This document shows, piece by piece, positions 48,801 through 62,410 of a DNA stretch of 64,000 bases (its first letter is position 1; each line of letters starts with the position of its first letter). Under the pieces are notes generated by a model that saw nothing but the letters and a program-made list of their open reading frames with translations, was not told where the DNA came from and ran no database searches. Source of the DNA: Lama guanicoe (Eukaryota); assembly GCA_013239625.1 (NCBI GenBank), contig MU053652.1:2668001-2732000 (forward strand), read 5' to 3'. The position numbers were made by a program, and so were the translations under genes.

Positions 48801-50035
48801 TGCATTAGGATCATGTAAGCTCATCTTTCTGCCCTTGTGCAAGAATCCTGGATAATCATCTCTATTCTAACGGATGCTAATAGCCGTGCTGGCTAGTCCG
48901 AGGCATCACGCTCAAAGAGAAAGAATATAGGCCAGTGTCCAGGCCAGAAGTCTAACACAAACACTTCCTAAGGGCAGGAAGGGACAGAGAGAGCAGGTCT
49001 GGCTAGGGGAAGCTGATTCCCCAGGCAAGGGCAGGGTACCTATTTGAGCCACAGAAGGAAGGACCTATAGGCAAAGATCCACAATAAAAATCTTTTTCTA
49101 AAACAATATAATATTCTGGCCCAGTCAGTTGACAATGATTTGGTCATTGAAGATCATATTTTTCCAACAGGGTCCATTTTCTTGGCTTTCCTAAGTCATT
49201 AATTATGACCATGTTTTCCCAAATGTGGAAATTCCCCTTGCGCAGATGCCACTGCTGGCCAACCCTTCTTTCCTGACAAGTCTCCACAGCACAAAAATAT
49301 TTTTGTTTTCCCCAATTGCCCACAGGGAAAATTTCCTCACTCTTTTTTTCCCCTCCTCCCTTAAAGCCCTCTGGCAATTTCCAGGAATCTAAGTAAACCA
49401 GAATCACTTAGATCATTGGAGGGCCTTTGAGATGTTCTACTTCTAACATAGCAAAAAAAAAAAAAACCAAAACAAAAAAACCAAAACCAAAACCCTGAGC
49501 TTTAAATTTAACATTATTAAAGCAATCTTAAATTAAGAGGGCTTTTTTTTTTTAATAGCCAAAGGCAATGCCACTGAAGTCAAAATACCTCCCACTCATG
49601 CCGGAGAATATGGCTCTGGGACTTGGGAGCTTAAATTATAAACAGAGGTGATCATCTTTGTATCTGGATCAAATGCCATTATATGAAATGTGCTTCATAC
49701 ACATTAAAACCCTACAGAAATGTAGGCATTTGGCACCAAAGTGGGTATACAATGTGAATAGGGAGTGATTATTCAAATCATAAAAATTTGTTAGACAATT
49801 TACCCTGGTTACCTGTTCATCTTCTAGGTTTACCAATGTGCTTTGTGTATGACTGACGACAGCATAGGTACCCCGGAGATATTTTGTTCTTTTCAGAACA
49901 TTCATCAAGAAGCATTTCTGTGCCAGAAACTAAATTTAGTTGGTGGGAGAGGGCAGTAGAGTGATGAATCAGACTGGATATCTGCCCTCAAGCTCTTTAT
50001 AATCTAGTAAAGAAGGTATGATGTACGTACTAGCT

Positions 50036-50271
50036 CGGTGGTTCTCAGCCAGGGACAGTTTTGCTTCTCCTCCACTCCTGCTGTACTCCTGGGACATTTA
50101 GCAATGTCTGGAGACATTTTTGATTATCAGAACTAGAAGTGGGGGTGCTACTGGCATCTAATGGAAAGAGGCAAAAGATGCTGCTAAACATTCTACAATG
50201 CACAGGAGTACCTTGCACAAGAAGGGCTATCTGATCCAAAATGCTAGCAGTACCAAGCTTGAGAAACTCTG
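50036..50271. mobile_element. MER20 hAT MITE
   Basis: cggtggttctcagcc...gggacatttagcaatgtctggagacattttt...gtgctactggcatcta...ttgagaaactctg; TSD tactagct/taccagct. Confidence 0.92.
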
Positions 50272-50303
50272 TACCAGCTATGTTACCTAGAACAAAGGGC
50301 CGG

Positions 50304-50350
50304 TTGATTGATTGATTAACTGATTGATTGATAGACTGATTTGATGATTG
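50304..50350. repeat. Imperfect (GATT)n microsatellite
   Basis: Read directly from the sequence. Confidence 0.75.
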
Positions 50351-53300
50351 TTGGTGTTGATCCACAAGGTAAATGACTTTCACCCTACAATCCTAGTCAT
50401 TTTGAATTTGTGTGTATGCCTAACCCATTATAACTGTTAAATGTCTTTTGAATGAATGAGTAAATTTAGACAGGTGATGAATAAATCATGAGATAAAGTG
50501 TCACTAGGCAAAATGAATGATAATTTGGAGTGAATTGTTAACTCAAGAGGACAAACTTTTTCTAGCTTCATACCAAGCATATAGTAACTGCTCAGTGAAT
50601 ATAAACTGAATATATTCAGATAACCTTGCAATACTCATTTGCTTAAAGTGCACAATATTCAAGAATCTTATCATTAAAGCAGTCCTAGCAGTAGCTTTTC
50701 TTCTTGGAAATACTTCACTACAGGTGGCTTGAGTGGCATTGTGTACCATAAAGGAATATGACTATATATTTTTATAATACAGCATTCAAAATTTTCACTA
50801 ATTTAAATTGATCCTTTCTCTAATGTGCCTAATTAGCAAATGTTAATGACATATGAAACTTCAAACATCAAAACATAGAGCTGGCCACTTAATGAATTTA
50901 GGGAAGGAGGAAGAAGTGTTACGAAGTATAGCCTTGACTCCTTTACATAGAATGTGGCTCCTGCTCTTTATCTACAATAGAAGTAAAAACAAGTAGCTTA
51001 GGCATGAACTTTGAACCTACTGCTTGAGTTACAAGTATCAATAGTAAGAGAATAGTGAAGTGCCACTCATTCTCAATGAAATTATATCTTTAAATTAGAA
51101 TATGTCAGTGGAAAAATATGATTTAATTTACTAAAATTATTTACACTATTTTTTTGTATGGAAAAAGAATCAGGTGGTCTAATATTCCAGAGTTTATGAG
51201 GTAAACTGCTTTCTTATTACATGAAAACTTTGTACTTGTGATTAAGCAATTACCTTCAGTTGTGATATGCAGGTTACCAAGGAAATATATTGGCTTTCCT
51301 CTTCCACCTATTTGACCTGCATTTTCTCAGTGTAAGTTGGTGAGTAAGTCAGGAAATGGCATCTAATTTTGTATTAGCATTAGTCAAATGTAAGTAGGAG
51401 GGGAGTGCGAACATAAAAATTTTAAATAGAAATAACTGGTATAATCTGCCATTTGGATAATCAGTATCAATGCTCTCTGAATTTAATTCTCAGATAATGG
51501 AGACTGCAATATCCTCAACTTTTGCAACATAAAGGAGCAAAACTTCCTTTGAGTTTGAAAATTTCCAGCTAAGTTTTTGCCCAAGCGTGAGTTTAATGAG
51601 GTATGTTTAGGAGTAAGGGAGGGGATATTTTATACTTTCCTTTTCATAAAGAAACAATTGTAAAAAGTTACTTCACCTCTGCAAGAGAAAGAATCTTATG
51701 GGGATACGTTTAGTAGTAAATGAATGAAGTTAAAAGTGACACTTTTTTTTTAAACATCAAAGATTATAAAATTAAAAGATTAAACCTTGGCTCAGGGAAA
51801 TATTTAGTATGCTCAGAAAAAGAGGCATACCAGTAAAAATGGGCCTTGATGTGACATATAAAGGCCTCCCTATTATTGTATAGTTTTATTTATAATGAAA
51901 AACGATACCTTCTTTGTTCTTCCTGCAGGGGAAGTAGGTTTGGTTAAGCAAGAATAATGTTCTTAGGAGGGTTCTTGATCAAGATGGGAAGATAAACAAC
52001 TAGAACAGCCAAACTAATTTGTACTAGTTAAATATCAACCCTGATTATTTTATATGGTCATGAGAGTCAGTGTAATATTGATTCGTAGAACAAAAGCATT
52101 ATGGAAACTTATCTTGTTGTAATATGTTTTAGATGCAGCGGAATTGAGAGTAACATTGCAGATATGTAGAAGAAATAAAACTATCTTCTAATTTCTACCG
52201 AACTCACATTCTTATAATTGCTTTTGGACTGATAATTCTTCCTCTCTTCACTAACTTTCATCAATTTTCAGGTGAACTATATATTTTTAAAAGTCGATTT
52301 TTGGGTCTTTTTAAGAGGCCATCATCAATAAGACAATGTTTAGCTGTCTGAATGCAAGTTTTTTTTTTTAATTCTAAGATATCTGTTATTCTCATGTCTG
52401 GAATGATATCCTTGTAACATCTATGACAATTATTTTTAGGTGGTGGGATGTGGGGTGGTTTTTATGTTCTTACTTGTATTTTTTTGTGTTGTTTGAATTT
52501 TTTCAATAGATTTGTTTTTTTACAATTCATTAAGATAATAATCATTTATTTAAAGAAACCTCTCCATTCTGTTTACTTAGCCAAAATTATAGGTCACAGT
52601 CTTCTATCCCCTCTATTAGCTAATTGACTTTCTAAATTTGCTTCCCCAAAACTCAACACTACTTTCATCATTACAAATCATCTTGAAAGAATCTCCCTTG
52701 CATGGAAACACAAAAGATCCTGAATAATCAAAACAGTCTTGAGAAAGAAGAATGGAGCTGGAGGAATCATGCTCCCTGACTTCAGACTATAATACAAAAC
52801 TTCAGTAATCAAACAGTATGGTACTGAAACAAAGACAGACACATAAATCAGTGGAACAGGATAGAAACTCCAGAAATAAACCCATGCACTTATGGTCAAT
52901 TAATCTACAACAAAGAGGCAAGTATATACAATGGAGATAAGACAGTCTCTTCTGCTGGGAAAACTGGACAGCTATGTGTAAAGGAATGAAATTAGAACAT
53001 TGTCTAACACCATATACAAAAATTAATTCAAAATGGATTAAAGACCTAAATGTAAGAATGGATACTGTAAAACTCCTAGAGGAAAACATAGGCAGAACAC
53101 TCTTTGATATAAATTGCAGCAATATTTTTTGGATCTGTTTCCTAGAGTAATGGAAATAAAAGCAAAAATAAACAAATGAGACCTAATTAAACTTAAAAGC
53201 TTTTGCACAGCAAATGAAACCATAAACAAAACAAAAAGATAAGCTACAGACTGGGAGAAAATATTTGCAAATGACGTGACCTACAAGGGGCTAATTTCCA

Positions 53301-54184
53301 AAATATACAAATAGCTCATACAGCTTACTAAAAAATAAAATTAAAAAAGATCCAATCAAAAAGTGGGCAGAAGACCTAAATAGACATTTCTCCAAAGAAG
53401 ACATCCAGATGGCCAACATGCACATGAATAGATGCTCAGTATCTCTAATTATTAGAGAAATGCAAATCAAAATTACAATGAGGTATCACCTCACACCATC
53501 ATTAAAAAGTCTATAAGTAATAAATGCTGGAGACTGTGTGGAGGAGGAACCTTCCTACACTACTGGTGGGAATGTAAATTGGTGCAGCCACTATGGAGGA
53601 CAGTATGGAGGTTCCCTAAAAAACTAAAAAGAGACTTACTGCATGATCAAGCAATCCCACTCCTGGGCACATATCTGGAGAAAACTATAATTTGAAAATA
53701 CACATGCACCCCAATGTTCACGTGAGCACTATTTACAGTAGTCAAGACATGGAAACAACCTCAATGTCCATTGACAGATGAATGGATAAAGAAGATGTGG
53801 TACATATATACAATGGAATATTGTTAAGCCATAAAAAGAATGCAATAATGCTATTTTCAGCAACATGGATGGACCTTGAGATTATCATATTAAGTGAAGT
53901 AAGTCAGTCAGAGAATGACAAATATCATATAATATCATTTTTATGTGGAATCTTAAAAAAGATATGAATTTTATTTACAAAGCAGAAATAGATTCACAGA
54001 CATAGGGAACAAATTATGGTCACCAAAGGGGAGAGATGGGGAAGGGATAAACTAGGTGTTTGGGATTAGGAGATACACACTACTATATATAAAATAGATA
54101 AACAACAAGGACCTACTGTAGAGCTGAGGGAACTCTATTCAATTTCTTGTAATAAGCTATAATGGAAAAGAATCTGAAAATAAA

Positions 54185-54198
54185 TGTGTGTGTGTGTT

Positions 54199-54241
<43 letters not shown>
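54185..54241. repeat. (TG)n(TA)n microsatellite inside the L1 3'UTR
   Basis: Read directly from the sequence. Confidence 0.95.
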
Positions 54242-54243
<2 letters not shown>

Positions 54244-54244
54244 G

Positions 54245-54303
54245 NNNNNNNNNNNNNNNNNNNNNNNNNNNNNNNNNNNNNNNNNNNNNNNNNNNNNNNN
54301 NNN
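54245..54303. other. Assembly gap (59 N)
   Basis: Run of N. Confidence 1.
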
Positions 54304-56069
54304 AAAAAAAAATCTCCCATATGGCCAATGTGAAGAGTCAGGATATCTAACTGTTTCCACTAGGGACACTATCTTTGAAGGATTTTCTTGTTATTTTTGT
54401 CCTTTGTTTCGTCACACCTAGTTGTTTCAGAATACTGCTGAACTCTCCAATTTCCTTTGAAAGGAATGTCATTATATATACAATTTAGGCAACTTGGGAA
54501 CACATTTCTCAATTTAGATAGTATTTGTAAATGTTGGAAAGATCCCTGGATAAGATAATCTCAGAAATTTTCTTTTGTTGTATGGATGTCAGATTGACAA
54601 AAGGGGATGAATTAGGAAGAGACCCAGGAAACACTGTGGTACTGAGGCTTATACATTCTTTACACAGTTTCCCTTTTCAAGGTCTCTCATGGTGTGATTG
54701 ATAACCATGGACCAATAAGCTCTCCAAAATGTCTTTAAGTCAAATGGTTCAGTCTCTTTACGTTCCTCACGGACCTTAAAAGATTATATTTACTTGAGAC
54801 TGGGAGATCCTGGATCGGTAGCAGAAATTCAAAAATAGTTGATATCTTAAAGAGTGGCAGAATTAGGAATAATTCTTTTTTCCTTTTTCCTTTTTGGCCT
54901 TGTGGCTTTAATGCTTTTTGTGCTCTAACTACTCATCTATCAGTTTAAAAGTGAAAAGAAGTAGGACGGTTTCCGTCATTGGAAAATTTCAAGGTCAGGC
55001 TGGATGACTATCAGATAGGTATGCTCTAGGAGAGACATACATTTAAAGAAAACTTGATTAACGTGACCTTTCAAGTTCCTTTCATTTTAAAATTCTGTGC
55101 TCTGAAGTTCACCCTCTAAACTTACGGTGGTGATGCACCATATTGCAAGGATAAGGGTCTCTTCTGGCTACTTGGTCGTGAACTTGCAGCTTCTGTGTGA
55201 ATTAAACAGGAGATAGAGTCGCTGGGAAAATATTCCTAGGAGACTCGGAGCTGTCCAGCAGTTGAAGTTCCAGCTAATGAGACTTAACAGCAGTTTGGAG
55301 CAGAGATTCAGCTATGTGTTCATGTATTCAGTATGCTTACATGTATATAGAGGTATATGCTTACCCAGCCCCACCCCAAGGAGATTTTCCCTGCTTTCTA
55401 TATTGCTTTTAATTTTAAATGAGGTCAATGGTCTTTTAAATTATGTAGGAAAAAAGAAAATAATATACAGAGAGATAGAAGAGTTGAAGAAGAAGGAAGG
55501 TAAAAATAAGACTATTACACTGTACAAGCAGTCTTTCAGCTTGTTAATTTAAGCTTTTTAGACACACACACAATGTGTAAACATGCCCTATAAGTATATG
55601 GGTTCAATTCTATAGCAGCTTTATTATGTTTTGCCATCAGTAATACAGTCATTGTAGCACACCATTCAAAAAAAAAATGAATGTGTCAAGTTTTAGCTTA
55701 CAAATACTTTCCAGAGTGTACAACTTAAAAAATTTTAAAGTAAACTTGGCCCTAAAAAGGCTGCCGTCTTTTTCCCTTTGCAAGTGGCACTCACTTTGAT
55801 GAATCCCCATTTGACTGAGGTTTTGAAGAATGATATAAAAATCTGTAAGCATGTTTATAATTTTCTTACAAGTGGCTGGATACCATCTCTCTTTTTCTTA
55901 TGTTTTCATCTAAAAGGGTGGAAATCAATGTTTCTACAGACATCCTGGATTTGAGAAGAAAGGACATTAGGAAAACATCTCATCCAGTTCCCATGTGTTA
56001 GACAATTAAAAAGTAACCCAATTTTATAGGTGAAACAACTGAATGTGGAGAGTCTAGTTGCTCCATAAT

Positions 56070-56250
56070 AATTTTTAGTAATTTTTAAACTTACAGAGTA
56101 ATACATTTTCATTGTAGAAGATTTCAGAAATACAAAAATATACACATAAAAAAAGAAAATCAAAGTTATCCTAGTGTAACCATTAACATTCTGATGTATA
56201 ATCAAAATACATATGTATGGTCATATACATATTTTATGCTCACTATTTCT
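56070..56250 (-). mobile_element. L1ME-like 3' fragment
   Basis: agagtaatacattttcattgtagaagatttcagaaatacaaaaatata...aaccattaacattctgatgtata. Confidence 0.6.
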
Positions 56251-56989
56251 TTAAGAAAAAAAAGGGCAAAGTGAAAGAGCTGTTGGTCCATCTGATCCTA
56301 ACCTGAAATTATAGTCCATGTATTTTAACCATCTTCTTAATGTCTCCTCTAGCCCTGGGCTCAATCTGACAATAGATTATAAATGAAATGCCAGATTTCC
56401 TATTTAGAAAGTAGCAGAGGGTTGTAGGCAATTCTTTACCTTTCTTTTCCTGAATAGAGATCCAAGAAATTGTAAGGGAAATATGAGACTGCAAAAAAAT
56501 GGCTTTATTTTTGTGAGGTAACATTGGAGGTCCCCACGTTGACAGCTGCAAAGGCAGTCACATGTTTAATGGAACCAAGAGCCCTACAAAGGAAGAAGTT
56601 AACTTTAGCTTAAAAAATCCTTTTATCCTCCATGATTTTGATGGCTTTAAATTTGTCACCTGAATGCGATATTAACATAATCGTCTGCATTTCAGCTAAT
56701 GAATGCACCTGCTTCTAAGACTTTATTTTAGCAGTTTTAATGAGCTCTTCAAAAGAGTTTGCCTGGACTTACAGCACAGCTAGAGAAATAGCAGCTGTAA
56801 GCAACTAACAACACATTCAGTATTTGAATCAAGCTCTGTGAAGTTGTTAAACTTGAGAAGGAATATCTATCCATCTGTCTGTGATAAGGGAAATGAAGCT
56901 GAGATGTAGGTGTGCCATTTGGAAAAAACAATAGAGTAAGTGGGGTTGGCCAGAGATGGTTATTCCCTGCTTGGCCGTAATGTATGGAA

Positions 56990-57130
56990 CTCAAGCAATT
57001 CACTTTAGCTCTCTAAATCCCAGTTTCTCATCTATATGATAATGGTACTTGTCTTATAAGCTTGTTTTAAAGATCAAATGCCTCACTTGCTGTAAGCACA
57101 TCATAATGTTAAATTTTATTATAATTATTA
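56990..57130 (+). mobile_element. MIR fragment
   Basis: ctctctaaatcccagtttctcatctatatgataatggtacttgtcttataagcttgttttaaagatcaaatg. Confidence 0.7.
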
Positions 57131-57336
57131 TATTTTTTATTAAGTAGATGTGAACTTAAGGTAGATCAGGCCAATTCTATTTGATTGGCTGTTAAGTTGT
57201 AAGATGGCTCTTAGGCAAATAACTGCTCATTGGGACCTATTGTAAGAAAAAACCCAAACTAATCTCTCTTAGTTAAGTAATCAGAAAACCCATTTTAATC
57301 ATCAACACCCTGGAATAAAGATGCCACAAATTTTGA

Positions 57337-57404
57337 TCTCCCTCTCCCTCTCCCTCTCTCTCTCTCTCACTCTCTCTCTCACGCTCTCTGTCTCTGTCTC
57401 TTTC
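57337..57404. repeat. (CT)n-rich microsatellite
   Basis: Read directly from the sequence. Confidence 0.85.
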
Positions 57405-57831
57405 TGGAAAACAGGGAGCGCAAAGGTGGGTGAGACAGCTGTTAAGAAAATGGAAAATTCTCCTATTCCTATTTTATTTTATTTTATTTCAATAAAAGTG
57501 AGACAATTACTCTGGCTGGGAGGGATGTAATTTATTTTCCAGATTTTCTTTTCCCCATTATACCCTTCTGGCCAACAGTATCCCCTCAATAATTGGAGCT
57601 AGTACCTGATAACTGCTTGCATCCCCACATTTCAAAAGATCCACTTTATCCAGACTTGCATGAAGCATCTTTCCAAAAGACATTCAGTTCTTTTCTTAGA
57701 CTGTAGCTTCGTAATGTGAGAAAACAACCCCAAGGGAGCTCACTTCCAGCTGCCCTTCGACTGTACTTTGCTGCGGAAGGCAAGCTGGCCTCACACTGAT
57801 GAGGACGTGTGGTCTATGGCCTGGCTACTCA

Positions 57832-58001
57832 CAGAGTGGTCCTCCGAAGGGCACCACTGAAGGGCAGCATCAGCATCACCTGGGAACCAGTTGGAATTAT
57901 AGAGTCTCAGGCCCCATCCTTCCTTGATCTACTGAATCAGAACCTACAGCTTAAACAGATTTCCAGGTGATTCATGTGCACATTTAGGTTTAAGAAGCAC
58001 T
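57832..58001. mobile_element. MER5A hAT MITE
   Basis: gcagcatcagcatcacctgggaac...ctcaggcccc...ctactgaatcagaa...ccaggtgattcatgtgcacatt...ttaagaagcactg. Confidence 0.85.
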
Positions 58002-58939
58002 GGTTCAAGAGATCTGCCTGAGATTGCTTTTTTTCAGCAACAGAACTCACCATCTCCTGTTCCAAAGTTGTATCCATTCACTTTCCACTTCCAATCTCTA
58101 AACAGACTTCTCTGCAGTGCTCCTGGGCAAACTATCTCTGTTTTGGATGAGTTCCCAACCAGTGGGTCTTGTAGTGATCTGCATTTCTATGGTTCAGGTG
58201 GTCAAACATGTATATAGCACAGCCTCCCACTAGCCACACCATACCCATTCCCTTCCAAGTCATCTTGCCCTCCTTATTCCCACAGCTGTAGTGTTACCAT
58301 GTTCATAAATTATTGTTAAAGAAGGAAATTAACCAAAAGAAAAAAAATTGTCTCTATAAACCTGCATAGTTTAGAGCTAAAGAATATGTTAAAATTTTCC
58401 ATTGTGGAAATTTCCCAGCTACTGGGCTCTTCAGATTTTTTTTTTTTTCAGAGCTGCAAGCAAAGAATGGAAATTTCCAATTGCAGCGTCAAGGGCTGCT
58501 GTTCTGCTGACTGTCTTGCTCAGCCGGGGTCATCTGCTTCTCTAAGACATCAAGGAATGCCAAGGTAGGTCTGAGAGAACACACACACTTCCTCTGCAGG
58601 AAGGAAGGAATGTCTTTGTGCTGCCTGCAAGCTGTGATGAGGAGAGGGGTAGGAAAGGTGACATGCCCTGCTCCATCCACCTGAGTGTGAATTTTGTTGA
58701 TTGGTAACCATCTATCAGCAGCTTATCCTATTTGACATCTTTCCAATGGCAGCTGGCTGGCAGGTCTGTTTGTTTTTGAAGAAATCCCTAAGGTGGGTGG
58801 GAGATACAGAGAAAGGAAAGGAACCAACAGATGTTGCGATCTACTTTTCTAAGCATCCCACCAGGTATTTTATATGTTTTATCACTTAAACATTCTGTGA
58901 CCCACCCAGGGTTAAATTCTAATTTTCTGCACACCAAGA

Positions 58940-59017
58940 TTTTTTTTTTTCAAGTACGGTCAGTTACAAGGTGTCAATTTCTGGTGTACAGCACAATGTC
59001 CCAGTCACGCGTATACA
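58940..59017 (-). mobile_element. About 80-bp young L1 3' tail
   Basis: T tail plus aagtacggtcagttacaaggtgtcaatttctggtgtacagcacaatgtcccagtc; TSD tctgcacaccaa at 58926-58937 and 59018-59029. Confidence 0.85.
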
Positions 59018-60194
59018 TCTGCACACCAAATTTTGAAAGCTTCATTTGTCCTTCCTTAGGTAGCCTTACCTCTGCCCTACCCTCCCAGAAACTGGTCATC
59101 TGTAAGCATCCTCAAGGTTTTGCCCTCAGCTCTTCAATAATGTCAACAGCTTAGTTCTTCCCTTAGACTGTAGCTTTTTCACTGGATCTAAGTGAAGTAG
59201 ATTTCCCTTCACAGCTGGTCCTGATGTCCAAGTCAACAGATGTCTGATAGTTCCCTAAATTCTGTCATGTTCCTCCCCATGCACTGCTGTTACTACGACA
59301 CAAGTCTGATGGTGGCAGCTCCATGGAAGGCCACCTGTAAATGTGTCAGCTTCTTGCAAACAAGGCCAAGCACCCTGACTGGCTCTAGGCCAGAATGTTC
59401 TCAAACCTAGGTTGTGTGGTTTTATCCAAAAGGTTTTGGAGTTTTGCTTTTGTTTTTAATGTTTTGCCTTTTTTTTTTTTTAAGTTTTGGGGGACTCTGC
59501 ATAACTCTGAGGAGCAAGGGCTACTCATGTTTACTCTCTTCTTACTGACAGCCCATGGTACCATAAAAAGAACAGTTAAGTATTCCTGACATCATTGTTG
59601 CTATTTAATACTTAACATTATTTATTAGGGCAAGTTTGATAATAATGAAATAAATTTTTAGATTTTTAAAAATAAAAATTTTTTAAAGTAATAAAAATAA
59701 TAAATTTTAAAAAATCATCACATGGCTAGTGAGTTTTTAAAAGATTTTTTTCCATCTTTTCAATCATCCATATCTATAGATAGCAATGTTGCCTTTGAAA
59801 ACAGTGACCAATTTTAATACCACCTGATAATGGAAGTGGGAGTGGGAATGGTCAGCAAGAATATTATAGGTCTGTAGTCGCAAAGGCTAACATTTAGTTT
59901 AGGTTACTTCTGTGATAATGGTTTTCCTTATCCCCTTAACTCATTAAAACCAAGTCTGATGCCCTGGGGAAATTCATCAGGATAAGATTTTAATATGGGT
60001 CTGGGTCTCATCTGATATGCTGTCACATTTGTGACAGGCTTCCTTCCACTCCTCTGCATCTGTCATTAGCAAGAAGACATTGGTCCTCTTAGCTGAAGAC
60101 AATGATGATTCATATCTTTGGGTAGGGCTGAACAGACGTATGATGAATACTCCTTTCCACGTTAGGCCACTGAGACAACTTTGTTATTTTAAAT

Positions 60195-60748
60195 TTATGG
60201 TTGGAATGCGTGCAGGTTTAGATGCTGATTGATTGATTTCAATCACAGCCCCAGTTCTCTCCCTCCTGGTTCCCTGCCCCCTTGTCATGTGACTTTGCAG
60301 CTTCTCCCCACCCTTGTTAGAGTCTGTTTCCCCATGCTTTGAATCTGGGCTGGCCATTTGACTTGCTTTGGCCACTGGAATGTAACTCAAGTTGTGGTAT
60401 ACCAGTTCCAAGCCTAAGTCTCAAGTGCGTGCTTCCACTTTCTTGGAAACTGCCACTGCTATGTGAATAAGCTCCAGCTAGCCTCCTGGAGGATGAGAGA
60501 TCATGTGGCATAGAGATGAGCAATCCTAGCTGAGACCATCCCAGCCCAGCCTGCCCAGAGCTAACATACCAGCTGACCACAAACACATGAGCAAGCCCAC
60601 CAAGATCAGCCAGGCCCAGGCTAGATTAACAGAACCATCTAGCCAACTCATGGTCCCATGAGAAATAGTAAATGGTAGTTATTTTAAACCACTAAGTTTT
60701 AAGCAATAAGTATTCATATAAGTTATGAAGCAATAAGTAACTAATACA
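60195..60748 (+). mobile_element. MLT1G/H-like solo LTR
   Basis: ccccttgtcatgtgactttgcagc...gaatctgggctggccatttgacttgctttggcca...ttttaaaccactaagtttt...taactaataca. Confidence 0.88.
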
Positions 60749-61025
60749 GATAACCAATTCCATTCTTTGGTTTTTTCCCCCCCTGGTTTTCAGGAAGCTC
60801 AGAGTCAAATTTGAAGTCCAGTCACAGAATCTGTGTTCATTCATTTATTCATGTTTATTGTACCTTTTATGGCTAACATATTTGTAATCTTCTCTCTCCT
60901 CGGTAGTGAATTTTGAAAATTTAATAACCTACTGTTTGCCATGTTGATTCGAAAACCAAATCAATCCCCTGTTTTAAATATTTAGGTGGTTTTTACTTAT
61001 CAGATTGGAAGAGATGACTCTAGAG

Positions 61026-61245
61026 CAAGACTGGCAAACATTTTCTATAAAGAGCCAACTAGTAAATATTTTAGGCTTTGCAGGCCATAGTGTCTGTCAC
61101 AACTACTCAACTCCCCCACTGTAGTGCTAACACAGCTCTAGACTGTGTGTAAACAAATGGGCATGGCTGTGTTCCCAAAAAGCCTAATTATAAAAACTGG
61201 CAGTGGATCAGATTTGGCCCTTAGGCCACAGTTTGCTAACCCCTG
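61026..61245. mobile_element. MER58A hAT MITE
   Basis: ggcaaacattttctataaagagcc...gtaaatattttaggctttgcaggcca...gtttgctaacccctg; TSD ctctagag/atctaaag. Confidence 0.92.
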
Positions 61246-61659
61246 ATCTAAAGCAATCTATGTTACTGTGCAAAAACATCTTCACCTATAACCACAATCC
61301 TATCAATGTTATTGTAATTCATCTCAATTACTTTGGAAAAAAAAACAGATAAATTAAGTGAATTTACTTCCTCCATCAGAAAACAAGAAGGGACTGACTA
61401 TAAAGCAATGCCATATAGACTAACAGCATTTGTACTAAGGCAAGTACTATAGTGAACAACTTAAAACTTCCTAGCCACTTAATCCATGACTCTATTTAGT
61501 TAATGCTAAAGGCCGGGGTGACACAAGTGATGTCTCATTTGTTTGTTTCATTTCTCAGCCTCTAATCTCAACTACTCATTTAACAAATGCATGCTGTCTG
61601 TCACAATGAGGATGGGGCTCCTTTCGTACTTGCCTACTTGGAGCTCCCTGAATGTATTG

Positions 61660-62184
61660 TGCTATTTCACGCCTCTCTAGCTCTGCACACAATGTTCCTT
61701 CTGCCTGGAACACACTTAGCCCTCTTCTCTTACTGGCTAACGCCCACTCGCTGATCAAAACTCAGCTCAATGATGCTGCCTCTTGGAAGACTTCCCTGAG
61801 TGCACCTCCACCTCCTCACCCTCAGCCTCCATCCAGTCCACACACTCAGTCTCGCATTTATTCTACTAAGTTAATAATTAAAATAGTTAAAAATGCTTGT
61901 ATGGTGCCAGGCACTTACTACATATCAGACAATATTTAATATAGCCATTTAACTGCAATTATCAGTATACTTGCCTGTTTCTCCAACCCAATGATACATT
62001 CAAAGATGTTTATCGAATACCTCACAACTCTTGTGCTAGGCAAAAAAGATAAATAAAACACAAGCCTATACTACAGCGTATAAGCCCACTGAGGGCACAT
62101 TGTGTCTTATTTGTCTTAACTTCTCAACATCTAGCATGTCCAGAGCAGAGATTTTAAATTAATATTAGATTAATGAATGAATGA
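61660..62184 (+). mobile_element. L2 fragments
   Basis: tctgcacacaatgttccttctgcctggaacac...aaaactcagctcaa...; tataagcccactgagggcac...taatgaatgaatgaa. Confidence 0.7.
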
Positions 62185-62185
62185 A

Positions 62186-62410
62186 AATAGCTAGCACAGA
62201 GTACACAATATGTGCTTGGCAGTGTTCTAAGCTCTTTATACATCTAAACTCATTTAATTTTCATAACGACTTTCTGGGGTGGCTAGTATACTTATCATCA
62301 TTTCATATATGGGGAACTGGAGGTGTAGAGAATTTTTAAATAACTTGCATAAGGTCACACCGCTAGGTGTGACAGAGCTGGTTCCAGAGCCCACGTTCAC
62401 AACCACTGGA
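62186..62410 (-). mobile_element. MIR SINE
   Basis: gtgttctaagctctttatacatctaaactcatttaattttcataac...taacttgcataaggtcacac...acagagctgg. Confidence 0.85.

Larger units (their letters stand above)
52698..54310 (+). mobile_element. 5'-truncated lineage-specific L1 (ORF2 3' part plus 3'UTR), non-coding
   Basis: gaaagaagaatggagctggaggaatcatgctccctgacttcagacta...ggataaagaagatgtggtacatatatacaatggaata...; same family as 20152-20971; candidate TSD aatctccc at 52690-52697 and 54311-54318. Confidence 0.95.

Noticed and set aside
57686..59176. 24-bp near-identical repeat agttctt..cttagactgtagctt at 57686-57709 and 59153-59176
   Set aside because: Only two copies, and it resembles the common L2 3' motif ctagactgtaagct; no array or element architecture
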